Shown here piece after piece: positions 21,416 to 31,164 of a stretch of 32,000 nucleotides of DNA (the first letter of the stretch is position 1; each line of letters begins with the position of its first letter). The DNA comes from Nitrosospira multiformis ATCC 25196 (GTDB taxonomy: Bacteria > Pseudomonadota > Gammaproteobacteria > Burkholderiales > Nitrosomonadaceae), in NCBI RefSeq assembly GCF_000196355.1, contig NC_007614.1, positions 1,230,001 to 1,262,000 of the forward strand, given 5' to 3'. The notes beneath the pieces were generated by a model. It was not told the origin of the DNA and did not search any database. It worked only from the letters and a program-made list of their open reading frames with translations. The translations under genes and the position numbers were made by a program.

Positions 21416-21511
21416 CCGATCCCGCTTTGCGGGCCCCTCGCGCCGCGCTCCGGGTCCCCCTGCCCGACCCCGCTTTGCGGGTCCCCCGTGCTGCGCTGGG
21501 GGTGCCACCGG
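21416..21511. repeat. Imperfect 48-bp tandem repeat (2 units) with GC-rich hairpins
   Basis: Units CCGATCCCGCTTTGCGGGCCCCTCGCGCC... (21416-21463) and CCGACCCCGCTTTGCGGGTCCCCCGTGCT... (21464-21511); each carries CCCGC-TTT-GCGGG. Confidence 0.7.
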
Positions 21512-21804
21512 TACCAGTGGTACCAGAAAGAGTGATGGTACTGGTGCTACCCGTCTGTATGAACCAGAGATACAGTATGGACACAATAAAAAGTGTGTCC
21601 TGACATTGCGATCATTGCAAGCGCATTACAATAACAGGGAAATACAGTAAAAAAGAACAAGAACAAGAACAAGCAGCAGGAAGCAATGAAAAACAGGATG
21701 CGGATCAGGTTGCAGTCGCATGGAGCTGGAAGAAATACAAGAATCGAATCCAGGGATATAACGGAAACAACGGATATATTTGCCGAAAGAAAAAAGGAGG
21801 AAGG

Positions 21805-22512
21805 ATGAACCATCGCATGACACTCGCCCTGGCCGCAGCAGCCCTGTTTGCGGTCATGGCCGGCAGCGCCTCTGCCGAATCGTTTGAAGGCCGCAAGAAA
21901 TGCAGTTCCTGTCACAAGAGCCAGGCCGAATCCTGGGGCAGCACGGCGCACGCCAAGGCCATGGACTCGCTGAAGCCCAACAACAAGGCCGAAGCCAAGA
22001 AGAAGGCCAAGCTCGATCCTGCCAAGGACTACACCAAGGACAAGGACTGCGTCGGCTGTCATGTGGATGGCTGGGGCAAGGAAGGCGGCTACACGATTGA
22101 CGACCCGAGCAAGTTCCTGACCGGGGTAGGCTGCGAATCCTGCCATGGACCCGGCTCCAAGTACCGCGGCATCCACCGCAAATCCGGCGCCGCTTTCGAG
22201 AAATCGAAGAAGACCACCTCCCGCCAGGTGCTGGCCGATGCCGGGCAGGACTTCAGCTTCGAGGAAAGCTGCAATGCCTGCCACATGAACTACAAGGGCA
22301 GCCCGTGGAAAGGTGCCAAGGAACCCTACACCCCCTTCACCCCGGACGTGGACAAGAAATACACCTTCGACTTTGACAAGTACGTCAAGGACACCAAGGC
22401 CATGCACGAGCACTACAAGCTCGATGGGGTCTTCACGGGGGATCCGAAGTTCAAGTACCACGATGAATTCCAGTCCAGCGCCAAGGTAGGCGAGAAAGGT
22501 TCGGACGACTGA
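21805..22512 (+). CDS. cycA: Cytochrome c554, tetraheme electron acceptor of HAO
   Basis: Signal peptide MNHRMTLALAAAALFAVMAGSASA; four CXXCH (CSSCH, CVGCH, CESCH, CNACH); AAAAGGAGGAAGG Shine-Dalgarno; downstream of haoAB. Confidence 0.96.
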   Translation: MNHRMTLALAAAALFAVMAGSASAESFEGRKKCSSCHKSQAESWGSTAHAKAMDSLKPNNKAEAKKKAKLDPAKDYTKDKDCVGCHVDGWGKEGGYTIDDPSKFLTGVGCESCHGPGSKYRGIHRKSGAAFEKSKKTTSRQVLADAGQDFSFEESCNACHMNYKGSPWKGAKEPYTPFTPDVDKKYTFDFDKYVKDTKAMHEHYKLDGVFTGDPKFKYHDEFQSSAKVGEKGSDD

Positions 22513-22513
22513 C

Positions 22514-23116
22514 ATGGCGATGAAGACAGGTAGTGCCCTCCTGGTGGGCACACTCTTGGGCGTGGTGATGGTGGCGGTGGTATTGGGCGGCGAAGCGGCC
22601 GTCTCCACCACCGAATTCTGCACCAGTTGCCACTCCATGACTTATCCGGCCGAGGAGTTGAAGGAATCCTCGCACTATGGCGCCCTGGGCGCCAACCCCG
22701 GTTGCAAGGACTGCCACATCCCGCAGGGATTGCAGAACTTCCACCTGGCGGTGGCGACCCATGTGGTGGACGGAGCGCGCGAGCTTTATCTGGAGATGGT
22801 CAATGACTACTCCACGCTGGAGAAATTCAACGAGCGCCGCCTGATCATGGCGCACGATGCGCGCATGAATCTCAAGAAGTGGGACAGCCGCACCTGCCGC
22901 GCCTGCCACAAGAATCCGCAGCCTCCCGGAGCCGATGCCAAGGCCGCGCACAAGAAGATGGAGACGGAAGGCGCCACCTGCATCGACTGCCACCAGAACC
23001 TGGTGCACAAGGAAGTTGCAGAAACCGACCTGAACGAGAGCATCAAGCAGGGCAAGATGGTGCTCAAGCCCGAAAAAAAGGATGACGACGACGAGGATGA
23101 GGAAGACGAGGAGTAA
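22514..23116 (+). CDS. cycB: Cytochrome cm552, NapC/NirT-family tetraheme cytochrome
   Basis: N-terminal TM, EFCTSCHSMTYP, CKDCH, CRACH, CIDCHQNLVH; start codon 1 nt after the cycA stop; acidic tail DDDDEDEEDEE. Confidence 0.95.
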   Translation: MAMKTGSALLVGTLLGVVMVAVVLGGEAAVSTTEFCTSCHSMTYPAEELKESSHYGALGANPGCKDCHIPQGLQNFHLAVATHVVDGARELYLEMVNDYSTLEKFNERRLIMAHDARMNLKKWDSRTCRACHKNPQPPGADAKAAHKKMETEGATCIDCHQNLVHKEVAETDLNESIKQGKMVLKPEKKDDDDEDEEDEE

Positions 23117-23201
23117 GCCGGATCTCGGCAGAGAGCAGGGTGTTCCCTTGCTGCTGCTGTAATTACCGATCCAGTTTATACTTTCTCGTTGCCTCCGGTG
23201 T

Positions 23202-23233
23202 TTTCACTGGATTCGAAGCCGAATCCAGTGAAA
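23202..23233 (+). terminator. Perfect 14-bp inverted repeat downstream of cycB (atypical terminator or 3'-end stabiliser)
   Basis: TTTCACTGGATTCG (23202-23215) - AAGC - CGAATCCAGTGAAA (23220-23233); no T-run follows. Confidence 0.55.
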
Positions 23234-23432
23234 CATTCTGCGATCTGCTATGCTTCCCGCTTAACCGGTTCAGCCTGAATTTCCTGATCGAGAATCCGAT
23301 TCCTGTCGTTATGGGTTATTCTCAGGACGCTGCGTTTATATAACAGCGTTCGGGATTAACCCCCGATGGCATAATCACCGAATGATTTTCTGGCTCCCCC
23401 ATAGCGAGAGTGGATTTCTTTTGTGTGAATGG

Positions 23433-23466
23433 TTGTCACGAAACTGTAACATTCCCATCATACTAT
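23433..23466 (+). promoter_or_regulatory. Candidate Pho box with appropriately spaced -10 upstream of pstC
   Basis: TTGTCAC-GAAA-CTGTAAC (23433-23450) matches 14/18 of the E. coli Pho-box consensus CTGTCATAWAWCTGTCAY; 10 nt later TACTAT (23461-23466). Confidence 0.55.
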
Positions 23467-23508
23467 TTAGGCCCCTCCCAATGGTCTCACTTCAAGGTGC
23501 AGTTCCCT

Positions 23509-24441
23509 GTGACAGCGCGCCGTTCCGATAATAATTCCGACTCCAGTGCACTCGGATATAACTATCGACGTCATCTGAGTGAGCGTTTTATTGAAGCCGT
23601 GCTTTTTTTGACGGCATTCGTTTCTGTCGCCATTACTCTTGCGATTGTCGTGATGCTGGTCACGGAATCCCTTTCATTTTTCAAGCATGTCTCTCTTTGG
23701 GAATTTCTTACTGACACGCAGTGGACGCCTCTTTTCGATAATGCGCATTACGGTATACTTCCACTCGTTTCCGGCACCGTAGTAAGCTCTGCTGTGGCCC
23801 TGCTCGTTGCCATCCCGATGGGCACCATCACCGCAATCTATCTATCCGAGTTCGCGCCTTTCACCGTTCGTGAGATGGCCAAGCCCTTTCTTGAACTGCT
23901 TGGGGGCGTTCCAACAGTTGTATACGGTTACTTTGCATTGCTGTTTGTTACGCCTCTATTGCAGAAAATTTTTCCGGAATTGCCCGGTTTCAGTCTTCTT
24001 TCGGCAGGACTGGTGATGGGTATCATGATCATTCCCTATGTAAGTTCCATGGCGGAAGATGCGATGCGCGCAGTACCCATGCATCTGCGGGAAGGCTCTT
24101 ATGCAATGGGGGCGACCCGGTTTCAGACGGCTGTTCGCGTGGTGATGCCGGGGGCATTCTCCGGCATTGCCGCGGCTTATATTCTGGGTATTTCCCGGGC
24201 GGTGGGGGAAACGATGGTGGTTGCGATAGCAGCGGGAATGCAGCCAAATCTTACTTGGAATCCGATGGAGCCTGCAGCTACCATCACCGCTTATATCGTT
24301 CAGGTAAGTCTGGGCGATCTGCCGCACGGCAGTATCGGATACCAGACTATCTTTGCAGCGGGATTGACCCTGCTGCTTATAACTTTGGTATTCAACATTA
24401 TCGGACATCTTCTGCGCAAGCGTTTCCGCGAGGTATATTGA
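23509..24441 (+). CDS. pstC: Phosphate ABC transporter permease PstC
   Basis: FLELLGGVPTVVYGYFALLF, EGSYAMGATRFQTAVRVVMPGAFSGIAAAYILGISRAVGETM. GTG at 23509 chosen because it has AAGGTG upstream and lies after the candidate promoter; the ORF-track start at 23410 is upstream of it. Confidence 0.92.
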   Translation: MTARRSDNNSDSSALGYNYRRHLSERFIEAVLFLTAFVSVAITLAIVVMLVTESLSFFKHVSLWEFLTDTQWTPLFDNAHYGILPLVSGTVVSSAVALLVAIPMGTITAIYLSEFAPFTVREMAKPFLELLGGVPTVVYGYFALLFVTPLLQKIFPELPGFSLLSAGLVMGIMIIPYVSSMAEDAMRAVPMHLREGSYAMGATRFQTAVRVVMPGAFSGIAAAYILGISRAVGETMVVAIAAGMQPNLTWNPMEPAATITAYIVQVSLGDLPHGSIGYQTIFAAGLTLLLITLVFNIIGHLLRKRFREVY

Positions 24442-24555
24442 AGCATGGTTCGATACCTGTGTTCATGACCAATTCATTTCATCTCGAAAATTCCGGGGGC
24501 GGTTCCTGTTGAATTCAACCCCCACGGTTTTCATTTCCTTTGCAAGAATGCGCCC

Positions 24556-25488
24556 ATGAGTGACAGTGATGCTCAAAATCTGAGGGAGATTCGCGCTATC
24601 ATCGCCCGGCACAAGCTGGGGGATCTGATTTTCCTTGTTACCGGCTTGCTTGTGCTGATGATTGCCGTACTTACGTTCATCGCCTTGTTTTCGCACATGC
24701 TTATTGATGGTCTTCCTCGCTTGTCCTGGGATTTCTTCACGTCTTTCCCCTCGCGGCGTCCAGAATCGGCGGGCATACTCTCCGCCTGGGTGGGAACCAC
24801 CCTCGTAATGATAGTGACAGCCGCGGCAGCGGTGCCTCTGGGAGTTGGAGCAGGCATCTATCTGGAAGAATATGCCCCTAAAAATATTCTTACCGAGATC
24901 ATCGAGATCAATGTGACCAACCTTGCCGGCGTGCCATCGATTATCTACGGGCTTCTGGCACTGAGCCTGTTTGTTCATCAACTTGGATTCGGGCAAAGCA
25001 TTCTCTCCGCAGGACTTGCGCTGGCCCTGCTCATTCTTCCGATCGTTATCGTTGCGACCCGGGAGGCAATACGCGCGATTCCGGTCACCATACGTGAAGG
25101 CGCCTATGCGCTGGGGGCAACCAAATGGCAGACTGTTTCTGACCATCTTCTGCCTTATTCCGCAGCCGGCATTCTTACCGGCATCATAATCGGCCTTGCG
25201 CGTGCAATTGGAGAGACGGCTCCCATTATCACCATCGGTGCCTTGACCTTTATTGCTTTTCTACCGCCATCTCCTTTCAAGGAAGAGTTTCCTTATATTT
25301 CCTTCGAATGGCTGATGGCGCCATTTACCGTCATGCCTATCCAGATGTTCAACTGGGTATCACGGCCGGAAGAAGCGTTTCAGATGAACGCCGCCGCGGC
25401 TGGCTTGGTACTGGTGATAATGACTCTCACCATGAATGCGCTCGCGATCTATCTGCGCTACCGGATGCGCAAGAATCTCAAATGGTAA
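24556..25488 (+). CDS. pstA: Phosphate ABC transporter permease PstA
   Basis: [64 protein letters not shown]. Confidence 0.94.
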   Translation: MSDSDAQNLREIRAIIARHKLGDLIFLVTGLLVLMIAVLTFIALFSHMLIDGLPRLSWDFFTSFPSRRPESAGILSAWVGTTLVMIVTAAAAVPLGVGAGIYLEEYAPKNILTEIIEINVTNLAGVPSIIYGLLALSLFVHQLGFGQSILSAGLALALLILPIVIVATREAIRAIPVTIREGAYALGATKWQTVSDHLLPYSAAGILTGIIIGLARAIGETAPIITIGALTFIAFLPPSPFKEEFPYISFEWLMAPFTVMPIQMFNWVSRPEEAFQMNAAAAGLVLVIMTLTMNALAIYLRYRMRKNLKW

Positions 25489-26291
25489 AAGATTTTTCGT
25501 CCCAGCATCCGCTGGGAGATGTTTCGCCCTCCCAATACAAGTCCGAAGTCAGGAATCTGAGTTTCTACTACGGTTCATTTTTGGCACTCAAGAATATCAA
25601 CATGATGCTGCATGAAAAAAAGGTGACCGCCTTGATCGGTCCCTCGGGGTGCGGCAAATCGACGTTCTTGCGCTGCTTCAACCGCATGCATGATCTCTAT
25701 CCAGGGAATCGCTACATGGGAGACATTATTCTTCACCCGGATAATGTCAATATTCTTTCCCGGAGCGTGGACCCTATTGAAGTACGCATGCGCATCAGCA
25801 TGGTATTTCAGAAACCCAATCCTTTTCCGAAATCCATTTATGAGAACGTTGCCTATGGTTTACGGGTCCGGGGTGTCAGACGCCGCGCGATACTGGATGA
25901 AAAAGTGGAAGACGCACTCAGGGGTGCCGCTCTGTGGGATGAAGTGAAGGATCGCCTGCATCAGCTTGCCTACAATCTTTCGGGCGGACAGCAGCAGCGG
26001 TTGTGCATCGCGCGCGCACTTGCAACCGACCCTGAAATTCTCCTGTTCGATGAACCCACTTCTGCACTTGACCCCATTGCCACGGCGAGTATAGAGGAAC
26101 TTATAGCTGATCTGAAAGATAAGGTAACGATCCTGATCGTTACACATAACATGCAGCAAGCTGCCCGTGTGTCGGATTACACCGCCTACATGTACCTGGG
26201 CGAAGTGATCGAGTTTGGTGTGACGGATACGATTTTCATCAAACCTAAAAACAAGCAGACGGAAGATTACATTACCGGGCGCTTTGGATAA
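25482..26291 (+). CDS. pstB: Phosphate ABC transporter ATP-binding protein PstB
   Basis: Walker [46 protein letters not shown] at 25482 overlaps the pstA stop; the ORF-track start at 25308 is too early. Confidence 0.95.
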   Translation: MVKDFSSQHPLGDVSPSQYKSEVRNLSFYYGSFLALKNINMMLHEKKVTALIGPSGCGKSTFLRCFNRMHDLYPGNRYMGDIILHPDNVNILSRSVDPIEVRMRISMVFQKPNPFPKSIYENVAYGLRVRGVRRRAILDEKVEDALRGAALWDEVKDRLHQLAYNLSGGQQQRLCIARALATDPEILLFDEPTSALDPIATASIEELIADLKDKVTILIVTHNMQQAARVSDYTAYMYLGEVIEFGVTDTIFIKPKNKQTEDYITGRFG

Positions 26292-26313
26292 GGAGTGCTT
26301 CGCTCCGATTTTT
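26292..26313 (+). terminator. Weak hairpin/T-run after pstB
   Basis: GGAGTG-CTT-CGCTCC (6 bp, one G-T) followed by GATTTTT. Confidence 0.4.
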
Positions 26314-26500
26314 CCCTCTTTTCCCTTTTCGGTTGCCGGGAAATTGTTATTCATTCAGTCGTAAGGCTTTCTGTCTGAAAAATACGGGCTTGCAGGAATA
26401 CTTGTCTGCCGAGCGGTTCAAGGCTTGACGCAGACCCCGATTGACCCCGTATCCATTCACGGGTAACATTCGCAGCTTTCAAGTTAAAGGCGAATCCTTC

Positions 26501-27262
26501 ATGGCTATACGTTCCAAGCTGGTTGCGGGTAATTGGAAAATGCACGGCGGAACGCTGCAGAACCGGGATTTGCTGAATGCGGTTCTTTCTGCGACGGCAG
26601 ACCTGAGCGGAGTCGAGTTGGCGGTATGCGTACCTTATCCTTACTTACCCCAAGTGCAATCGATTCTGCAAGGTACGAACGTTTCCTGGGGCGCCCAGAA
26701 CGTGAGTCAGCACGAAAAAGGCGCCTATACCGGTGAAGTTTCAGCGTCCATGCTGCTGGATTTTGGCTGTCGCTACGTGATTGTCGGTCACTCCGAGCGG
26801 CGGGCGCTGTATGGTGAGGATAGCCACACTGTAGCGCTCAAATTCAGGGCGGCACAAAGCGTCGGCGTGATACCTATTTTATGTGTGGGTGAAACGCTCG
26901 AGCAGCGGGAGGCCGGGATTACGGAGCAGGTTGTGGCAAAGCAGTTGGAGGCGGTGGTGAAGTCGGCGGGAATAAATGCCTTGGGTACGGCGGTGCTGGC
27001 TTATGAACCGGTATGGGCCATCGGCACCGGCAAGACCGCGAGCCCTGCTCAGGCTCAGGAGGTACATTCGTTTATTCGCGGCAGAATTGCTGCCGACGCA
27101 GCGGAAGTAGCCGAGGGATTGAAGATTCTTTATGGCGGCAGTGTCAAGGCGGCCAACGCCGCTGAGCTCTTCGCCATGCCCGACATTGACGGTGGATTGA
27201 TTGGCGGCGCTTCGCTCGTTGCCGAAGAATTTATCGCGATTGCCCGGGCCGCGAAAGACTAA
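26501..27262 (+). CDS. tpiA: Triosephosphate isomerase
   Basis: MAIRSKLVAGNWKMHGG, YVIVGHSERR, AYEPVWAIGTGKTASPAQ, LYGGSVKAANA. ATG at 26501 preferred over ORF-track start at 26441. Confidence 0.97.
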   Translation: MAIRSKLVAGNWKMHGGTLQNRDLLNAVLSATADLSGVELAVCVPYPYLPQVQSILQGTNVSWGAQNVSQHEKGAYTGEVSASMLLDFGCRYVIVGHSERRALYGEDSHTVALKFRAAQSVGVIPILCVGETLEQREAGITEQVVAKQLEAVVKSAGINALGTAVLAYEPVWAIGTGKTASPAQAQEVHSFIRGRIAADAAEVAEGLKILYGGSVKAANAAELFAMPDIDGGLIGGASLVAEEFIAIARAAKD

Positions 27263-27279
27263 TTCTTATTGGAGCAACT

Positions 27280-27633
27280 TTGGAAACACTGATCTGGATA
27301 CTACATGTCTTGTCCGCAGCGGGCGTAATCGTCCTGGTTCTGCTGCAGCACGGCAAAGGCGCGGATATGGGCGCGGCTTTTGGCAGTGGCTCGTCAGGAA
27401 GTTTGTTTGGCGCCAGTGGTTCCGCGAACTTCCTCAGCCGGACGACAGGCGTTCTGGCTGCCGTATTTTTCATGACCAGCCTTGGCCTGACCTATCTTTC
27501 CACCAACAGGAGCGAGAGTGGAGGAGTGATGGACAAAGCTGTGCCGATTCAATCTGTCAAGCCCGCGGAGCCCGCTCCGCCAGCGCCTGCAGCAGAAGAG
27601 GAACCTTCCAAGGCAACAGAAATACCTGAGTAA
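27280..27633 (+). CDS. secG: Preprotein translocase subunit SecG
   Basis: Two TM segments, VLLQHGKGADMGAAFGSGSSGSLFGASGSANFLSRTTG; TTG start; between tpiA and tRNA-Leu. Confidence 0.94.
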   Translation: METLIWILHVLSAAGVIVLVLLQHGKGADMGAAFGSGSSGSLFGASGSANFLSRTTGVLAAVFFMTSLGLTYLSTNRSESGGVMDKAVPIQSVKPAEPAPPAPAAEEEPSKATEIPE

Positions 27634-27730
27634 GTTAATGCTGAGCTAATTGAACAACCGGTTGGAATTGTGTTCTAACCAGATTACGTTCCGACCCGGT
27701 GTTCAGATTAAACGGCATTCAGATTAAGCT

Positions 27731-27815
27731 GCCGACGTGGTGGAATTGGTAGACACGCCGTCTTGAGGGGGCGGTGGCGAAAGCTGTGCGAGTTCGAGTC
27801 TCGCCGTCGGCACCA
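27731..27815 (+). tRNA. tRNA-Leu (anticodon GAG)
   Basis: GCCGACG...CGTCGGC acceptor stem, discriminator A, encoded CCA; anticodon arm CCGTC-TTGAGGG-GGCGG; long variable arm; T arm GAGTTCGAGTCTC. Confidence 0.96.
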
Positions 27816-27921
27816 TTTGCAGCAACAGGGCTGAGTATCAGGCCAGCAGAAGATACCGACAAAGGTATATAAACGCTACCTGGAAACAAGTCTTATATTT
27901 GTTCGATAGCTAACACATTAC

Positions 27922-28278
27922 ATGCTCGAAAACTATTTTCCTATTCTGTTGTTTATCCTGCTTGGCCTTGCCATAGGAGCTTTGGCAATGGGTTTTGGCT
28001 GGCTGTTCGGTCCCAATCGTCCGGACAGCGAAAAACTGTCTCCATATGAATGCGGATTCGAGGCATTTGAAGACGCACGCATGAAATTCGACGTGCGCTA
28101 CTACCTGGTAGCTATTCTATTTATTCTGTTCGATCTGGAGATAGCGTTTCTGTTCCCATGGGCAGTGGTACTGAATGAAATCGGTCTGTTCGGTTTTATT
28201 GCAATGATGGTTTTTCTCGGCATCCTTGTCGTCGGCTTCATCTACGAGTGGACGAAGGGCGCTCTGGAGTGGGATTGA
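27922..28278 (+). CDS. nuoA: NADH-quinone oxidoreductase subunit A
   Basis: [43 protein letters not shown]. Confidence 0.96.
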   Translation: MLENYFPILLFILLGLAIGALAMGFGWLFGPNRPDSEKLSPYECGFEAFEDARMKFDVRYYLVAILFILFDLEIAFLFPWAVVLNEIGLFGFIAMMVFLGILVVGFIYEWTKGALEWD

Positions 28279-28282
28279 GGCC

Positions 28283-28759
28283 ATGAGTACGAACGGAGTA
28301 ATGGAAAAAGGCTTTGTCACTACCAGCCTTGACTCGGTCATCAACTGGGGGCGTACCGGCTCGATGTGGCCGATGACTTTTGGCCTGGCATGCTGCGCCG
28401 TCGAAATGATGCAGGCAGGCGCATCCCGTTACGATCTCGACCGCTTTGGAATTGTGTTTCGTCCCAGCCCGCGTCAGTCGGACGTCATGATTGTTGCCGG
28501 AACCCTTTGTAATAAAATGGCGCCTGCCCTCCGCAAGGTGTATGACCAGATGGCGGAGCCGCGCTGGGTGATATCCATGGGCTCCTGCGCCAATGGCGGC
28601 GGTTATTATCATTACTCCTACTCGGTGGTGCGTGGATGTGATCGTATCGTCCCGGTCGATATTTATGTTCCCGGTTGCCCGCCTACCGCAGAAGCCCTGC
28701 TGTACGGCATTATCCAGCTCCAGAACAAGATCCATCGCACCAATACCATCGCTCGTTAG
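28283..28759 (+). CDS. nuoB: NADH-quinone oxidoreductase subunit B
   Basis: [57 protein letters not shown]; ATG at 28283 is the natural start. Confidence 0.97.
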   Translation: MSTNGVMEKGFVTTSLDSVINWGRTGSMWPMTFGLACCAVEMMQAGASRYDLDRFGIVFRPSPRQSDVMIVAGTLCNKMAPALRKVYDQMAEPRWVISMGSCANGGGYYHYSYSVVRGCDRIVPVDIYVPGCPPTAEALLYGIIQLQNKIHRTNTIAR

Positions 28760-28767
28760 GCTCATCT

Positions 28768-29385
28768 ATGTCGTCCACTCGTCTGGAAACGCTCGCCCTT
28801 TGCCTTCAGAATGTGTTGGCGGATAAACTTGCCAACGTCGATCAGCAACTGGACCAGCTCATCATTACGGTGTCTCCGGTTAACCTGTTGCCGGTGATGA
28901 GCGTCTTGCGCGACCATCCCGAACTGGGTTTCGAGATGCTCATCGACCTGTGTGGAGTGGATTACTCCATCTATGGAGTAGAGCCCACTTCGGAGCAGGG
29001 ACGTGAGGGCAAACGCTTCGCTGTCGTTTATCACCTGCTTTCGATCCGGCATAACCGCAGAGTGCGTGTAAAGGCATTCCCCGAGGATGACGAATTTCCG
29101 GTTGTGGTCTCGGTAATAGATATATGGCCTTCCGCCAACTGGTTTGAACGCGAAGCATTCGATCTTTATGGCATCGTGTTCACCGGTCACCCCGACCTGC
29201 GCCGTATCCTCACGGATTACGGATTTATCGGTAACCCATTCCGCAAGGATTTTCCGCTCAGTGGCAATGTGGAGATGCGCTACGATCCCGACCAACAGCG
29301 GGTCGTCTATCAGCCGGTCACCATAGAACCGCGCCAGATCACGCCGCGCGTTATCCGGGAAGAGCATTATGGGGACTCTGAATGA
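28768..29385 (+). CDS. nuoC: NADH-quinone oxidoreductase subunit C
   Basis: [42 protein letters not shown]; ATG at 28768. Confidence 0.95.
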   Translation: MSSTRLETLALCLQNVLADKLANVDQQLDQLIITVSPVNLLPVMSVLRDHPELGFEMLIDLCGVDYSIYGVEPTSEQGREGKRFAVVYHLLSIRHNRRVRVKAFPEDDEFPVVVSVIDIWPSANWFEREAFDLYGIVFTGHPDLRRILTDYGFIGNPFRKDFPLSGNVEMRYDPDQQRVVYQPVTIEPRQITPRVIREEHYGDSE

Positions 29386-29406
29386 GATTTTTGTGGGCTG
29401 TTAACG

Positions 29407-30660
29407 ATGGCTGAGATACGTAATTACACGATGAACTTCGGCCCGCAGCATCCGGCCGCCCACGGTGTCTTGCGACTGGTGCTGGAGCTCGACGGGGAAG
29501 TCATACAACGTGCCGATCCGCACATCGGTCTGCTGCATCGTGCAACGGAAAAGCTTGCCGAGTACAAGACATATATCCAGTCAGTCCCTTACATGGACAG
29601 ATTGGACTACGTCTCCATGATGGCCAACGAGCACGCGTATGTGATGGCGATCGAGAAGTTGCTTCAACTCGAAGTGCCCATACGCGCGCAGTATATCCGG
29701 GTGATGTTCGACGAAATCACGCGGATACTCAATCATCTTCTGTGGCTGGGAGCACACGCGCTGGATGTGGGCGCGATGACGGTATTCCTTTACGCTTTCC
29801 GTGACCGGGAAGACTTGATGGATGCCTACGAATCGGTTTCGGGCGCAAGGATGCATGCCGCTTACTATCGGCCTGGCGGCGTTTATCGGGACTTGCCGGA
29901 TTCAATGCCGCAGTATAAGGCGTCAAAAATTCACGACGAAAAAACAACCAAGGCGCGCAATGAAAACCGCCAGGGTTCGCTGCTCGATTTCATCGAAGAC
30001 TTCACCAACCGGTTTCCCACGTACGTCGATGAGTACGAGACCCTGCTTACCGATAACCGTATCTGGAAACAGAGACTGGTAGGCATTGGAACGGTTTCGC
30101 CCGAGCGGGCCATGGCTCTGGGATTCACCGGCCCCATGCTGCGCGGGTCCGGCGTCGAATGGGATCTGCGGAAGAAGCAGCCCTATGAAGTTTATGATCA
30201 GCTCGATTTCGATATACCTGTCGGCGTCAATGGGGATTGCTACGACCGCTATCTGGTCCGGATCGAAGAATTCCGGCAGTCCAATCGCATCATCAGGCAA
30301 TGTGTCGACTGGCTTCGTAAAAATCCGGGGCCGGTCATAACGGATAACCACAAGGTCGCGCCGCCTTCCCGTGTGAACATGAAGCAGAACATGGAGGAAC
30401 TGATCCATCATTTCAAGCTTTTCACTGAAGGGTTTCACGTGCCGCCCGGTGAAACCTATGCGGCAGTCGAGCACCCGAAAGGGGAATTCGGCATTTACCT
30501 GATATCGGATGGCGCCAACATGCCTTACCGCATGAAAATCCGCGCTCCCGGCTTTGCCCATCTGGCAGCGCTGGACGAGATGTCGCGCGGCCATATGATT
30601 GCCGATGTGGTTGCCATCATTGGTACCCAGGATATTGTGTTTGGTGAAATAGACAGATGA
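29407..30660 (+). CDS. nuoD: NADH-quinone oxidoreductase subunit D
   Basis: [37 protein letters not shown]..., C-terminal [20 protein letters not shown]. Confidence 0.97.
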   Translation: MAEIRNYTMNFGPQHPAAHGVLRLVLELDGEVIQRADPHIGLLHRATEKLAEYKTYIQSVPYMDRLDYVSMMANEHAYVMAIEKLLQLEVPIRAQYIRVMFDEITRILNHLLWLGAHALDVGAMTVFLYAFRDREDLMDAYESVSGARMHAAYYRPGGVYRDLPDSMPQYKASKIHDEKTTKARNENRQGSLLDFIEDFTNRFPTYVDEYETLLTDNRIWKQRLVGIGTVSPERAMALGFTGPMLRGSGVEWDLRKKQPYEVYDQLDFDIPVGVNGDCYDRYLVRIEEFRQSNRIIRQCVDWLRKNPGPVITDNHKVAPPSRVNMKQNMEELIHHFKLFTEGFHVPPGETYAAVEHPKGEFGIYLISDGANMPYRMKIRAPGFAHLAALDEMSRGHMIADVVAIIGTQDIVFGEIDR

Positions 30661-30687
30661 CGTACTGAAGGTGAAACGGCTATCAAC

Positions 30688-31164
30688 ATGCTAAGCGCAG
30701 AGTCTCTGAAAAAAATCGATTACGAGTTGACCAAGTATCCCGCAGACCAGAAGCAATCCGCGGTAATGTCGGCGCTCGCCATCGCCCAGGATGAGAAAGG
30801 GTGGCTGACCACCGAAACGATGGATTTTGTGGCGGAGTACTTGGGCATGCCGTCGATCGCCGTATACGAAGTGGCTACTTTCTACACCATGTACAATTTG
30901 CAGCCCATCGGAAAATACAAGATCACGGTCTGCACGAATCTTCCATGTGCGCTGTCCGGCGCAAACGAGGCAGTCGCCCATTTCCGGGAAAAGCTGGGAA
31001 TAGGCTTCAACGAAACCACTGCGGACGGAAAATTTACCTTGAAAGAAGGGGAGTGTATGGGTGCATGTGGAGATGCGCCGGTTCTCCTGGTCAATAACAA
31101 ACGCATGTGCAGTTTCATGTCCAACGACAAGATCGACCAGTTGCTGGAGGATTTGAGCAAATGA
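30688..31164 (+). CDS. nuoE: NADH-quinone oxidoreductase subunit E
   Basis: [49 protein letters not shown] ([2Fe-2S] ligands). Confidence 0.96.
   Translation: MLSAESLKKIDYELTKYPADQKQSAVMSALAIAQDEKGWLTTETMDFVAEYLGMPSIAVYEVATFYTMYNLQPIGKYKITVCTNLPCALSGANEAVAHFREKLGIGFNETTADGKFTLKEGECMGACGDAPVLLVNNKRMCSFMSNDKIDQLLEDLSK

Noticed and set aside
21416-21511. Possible CRISPR array
   Set aside because: Only two adjacent imperfect 48-bp units without unique spacers and without cas genes; it is a tandem repeat.
21108-21650. 180-aa plus ORF and the overlapping 154-aa minus ORF (21120..21584) in the haoB-cycA gap
   Set aside because: Overlapping opposite ORFs with low-complexity Ala/Arg/Gly/Pro repeats produced by the 48-bp tandem repeat, and no clear Shine-Dalgarno. 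I keep the region as a repeat finding but not as a CDS.
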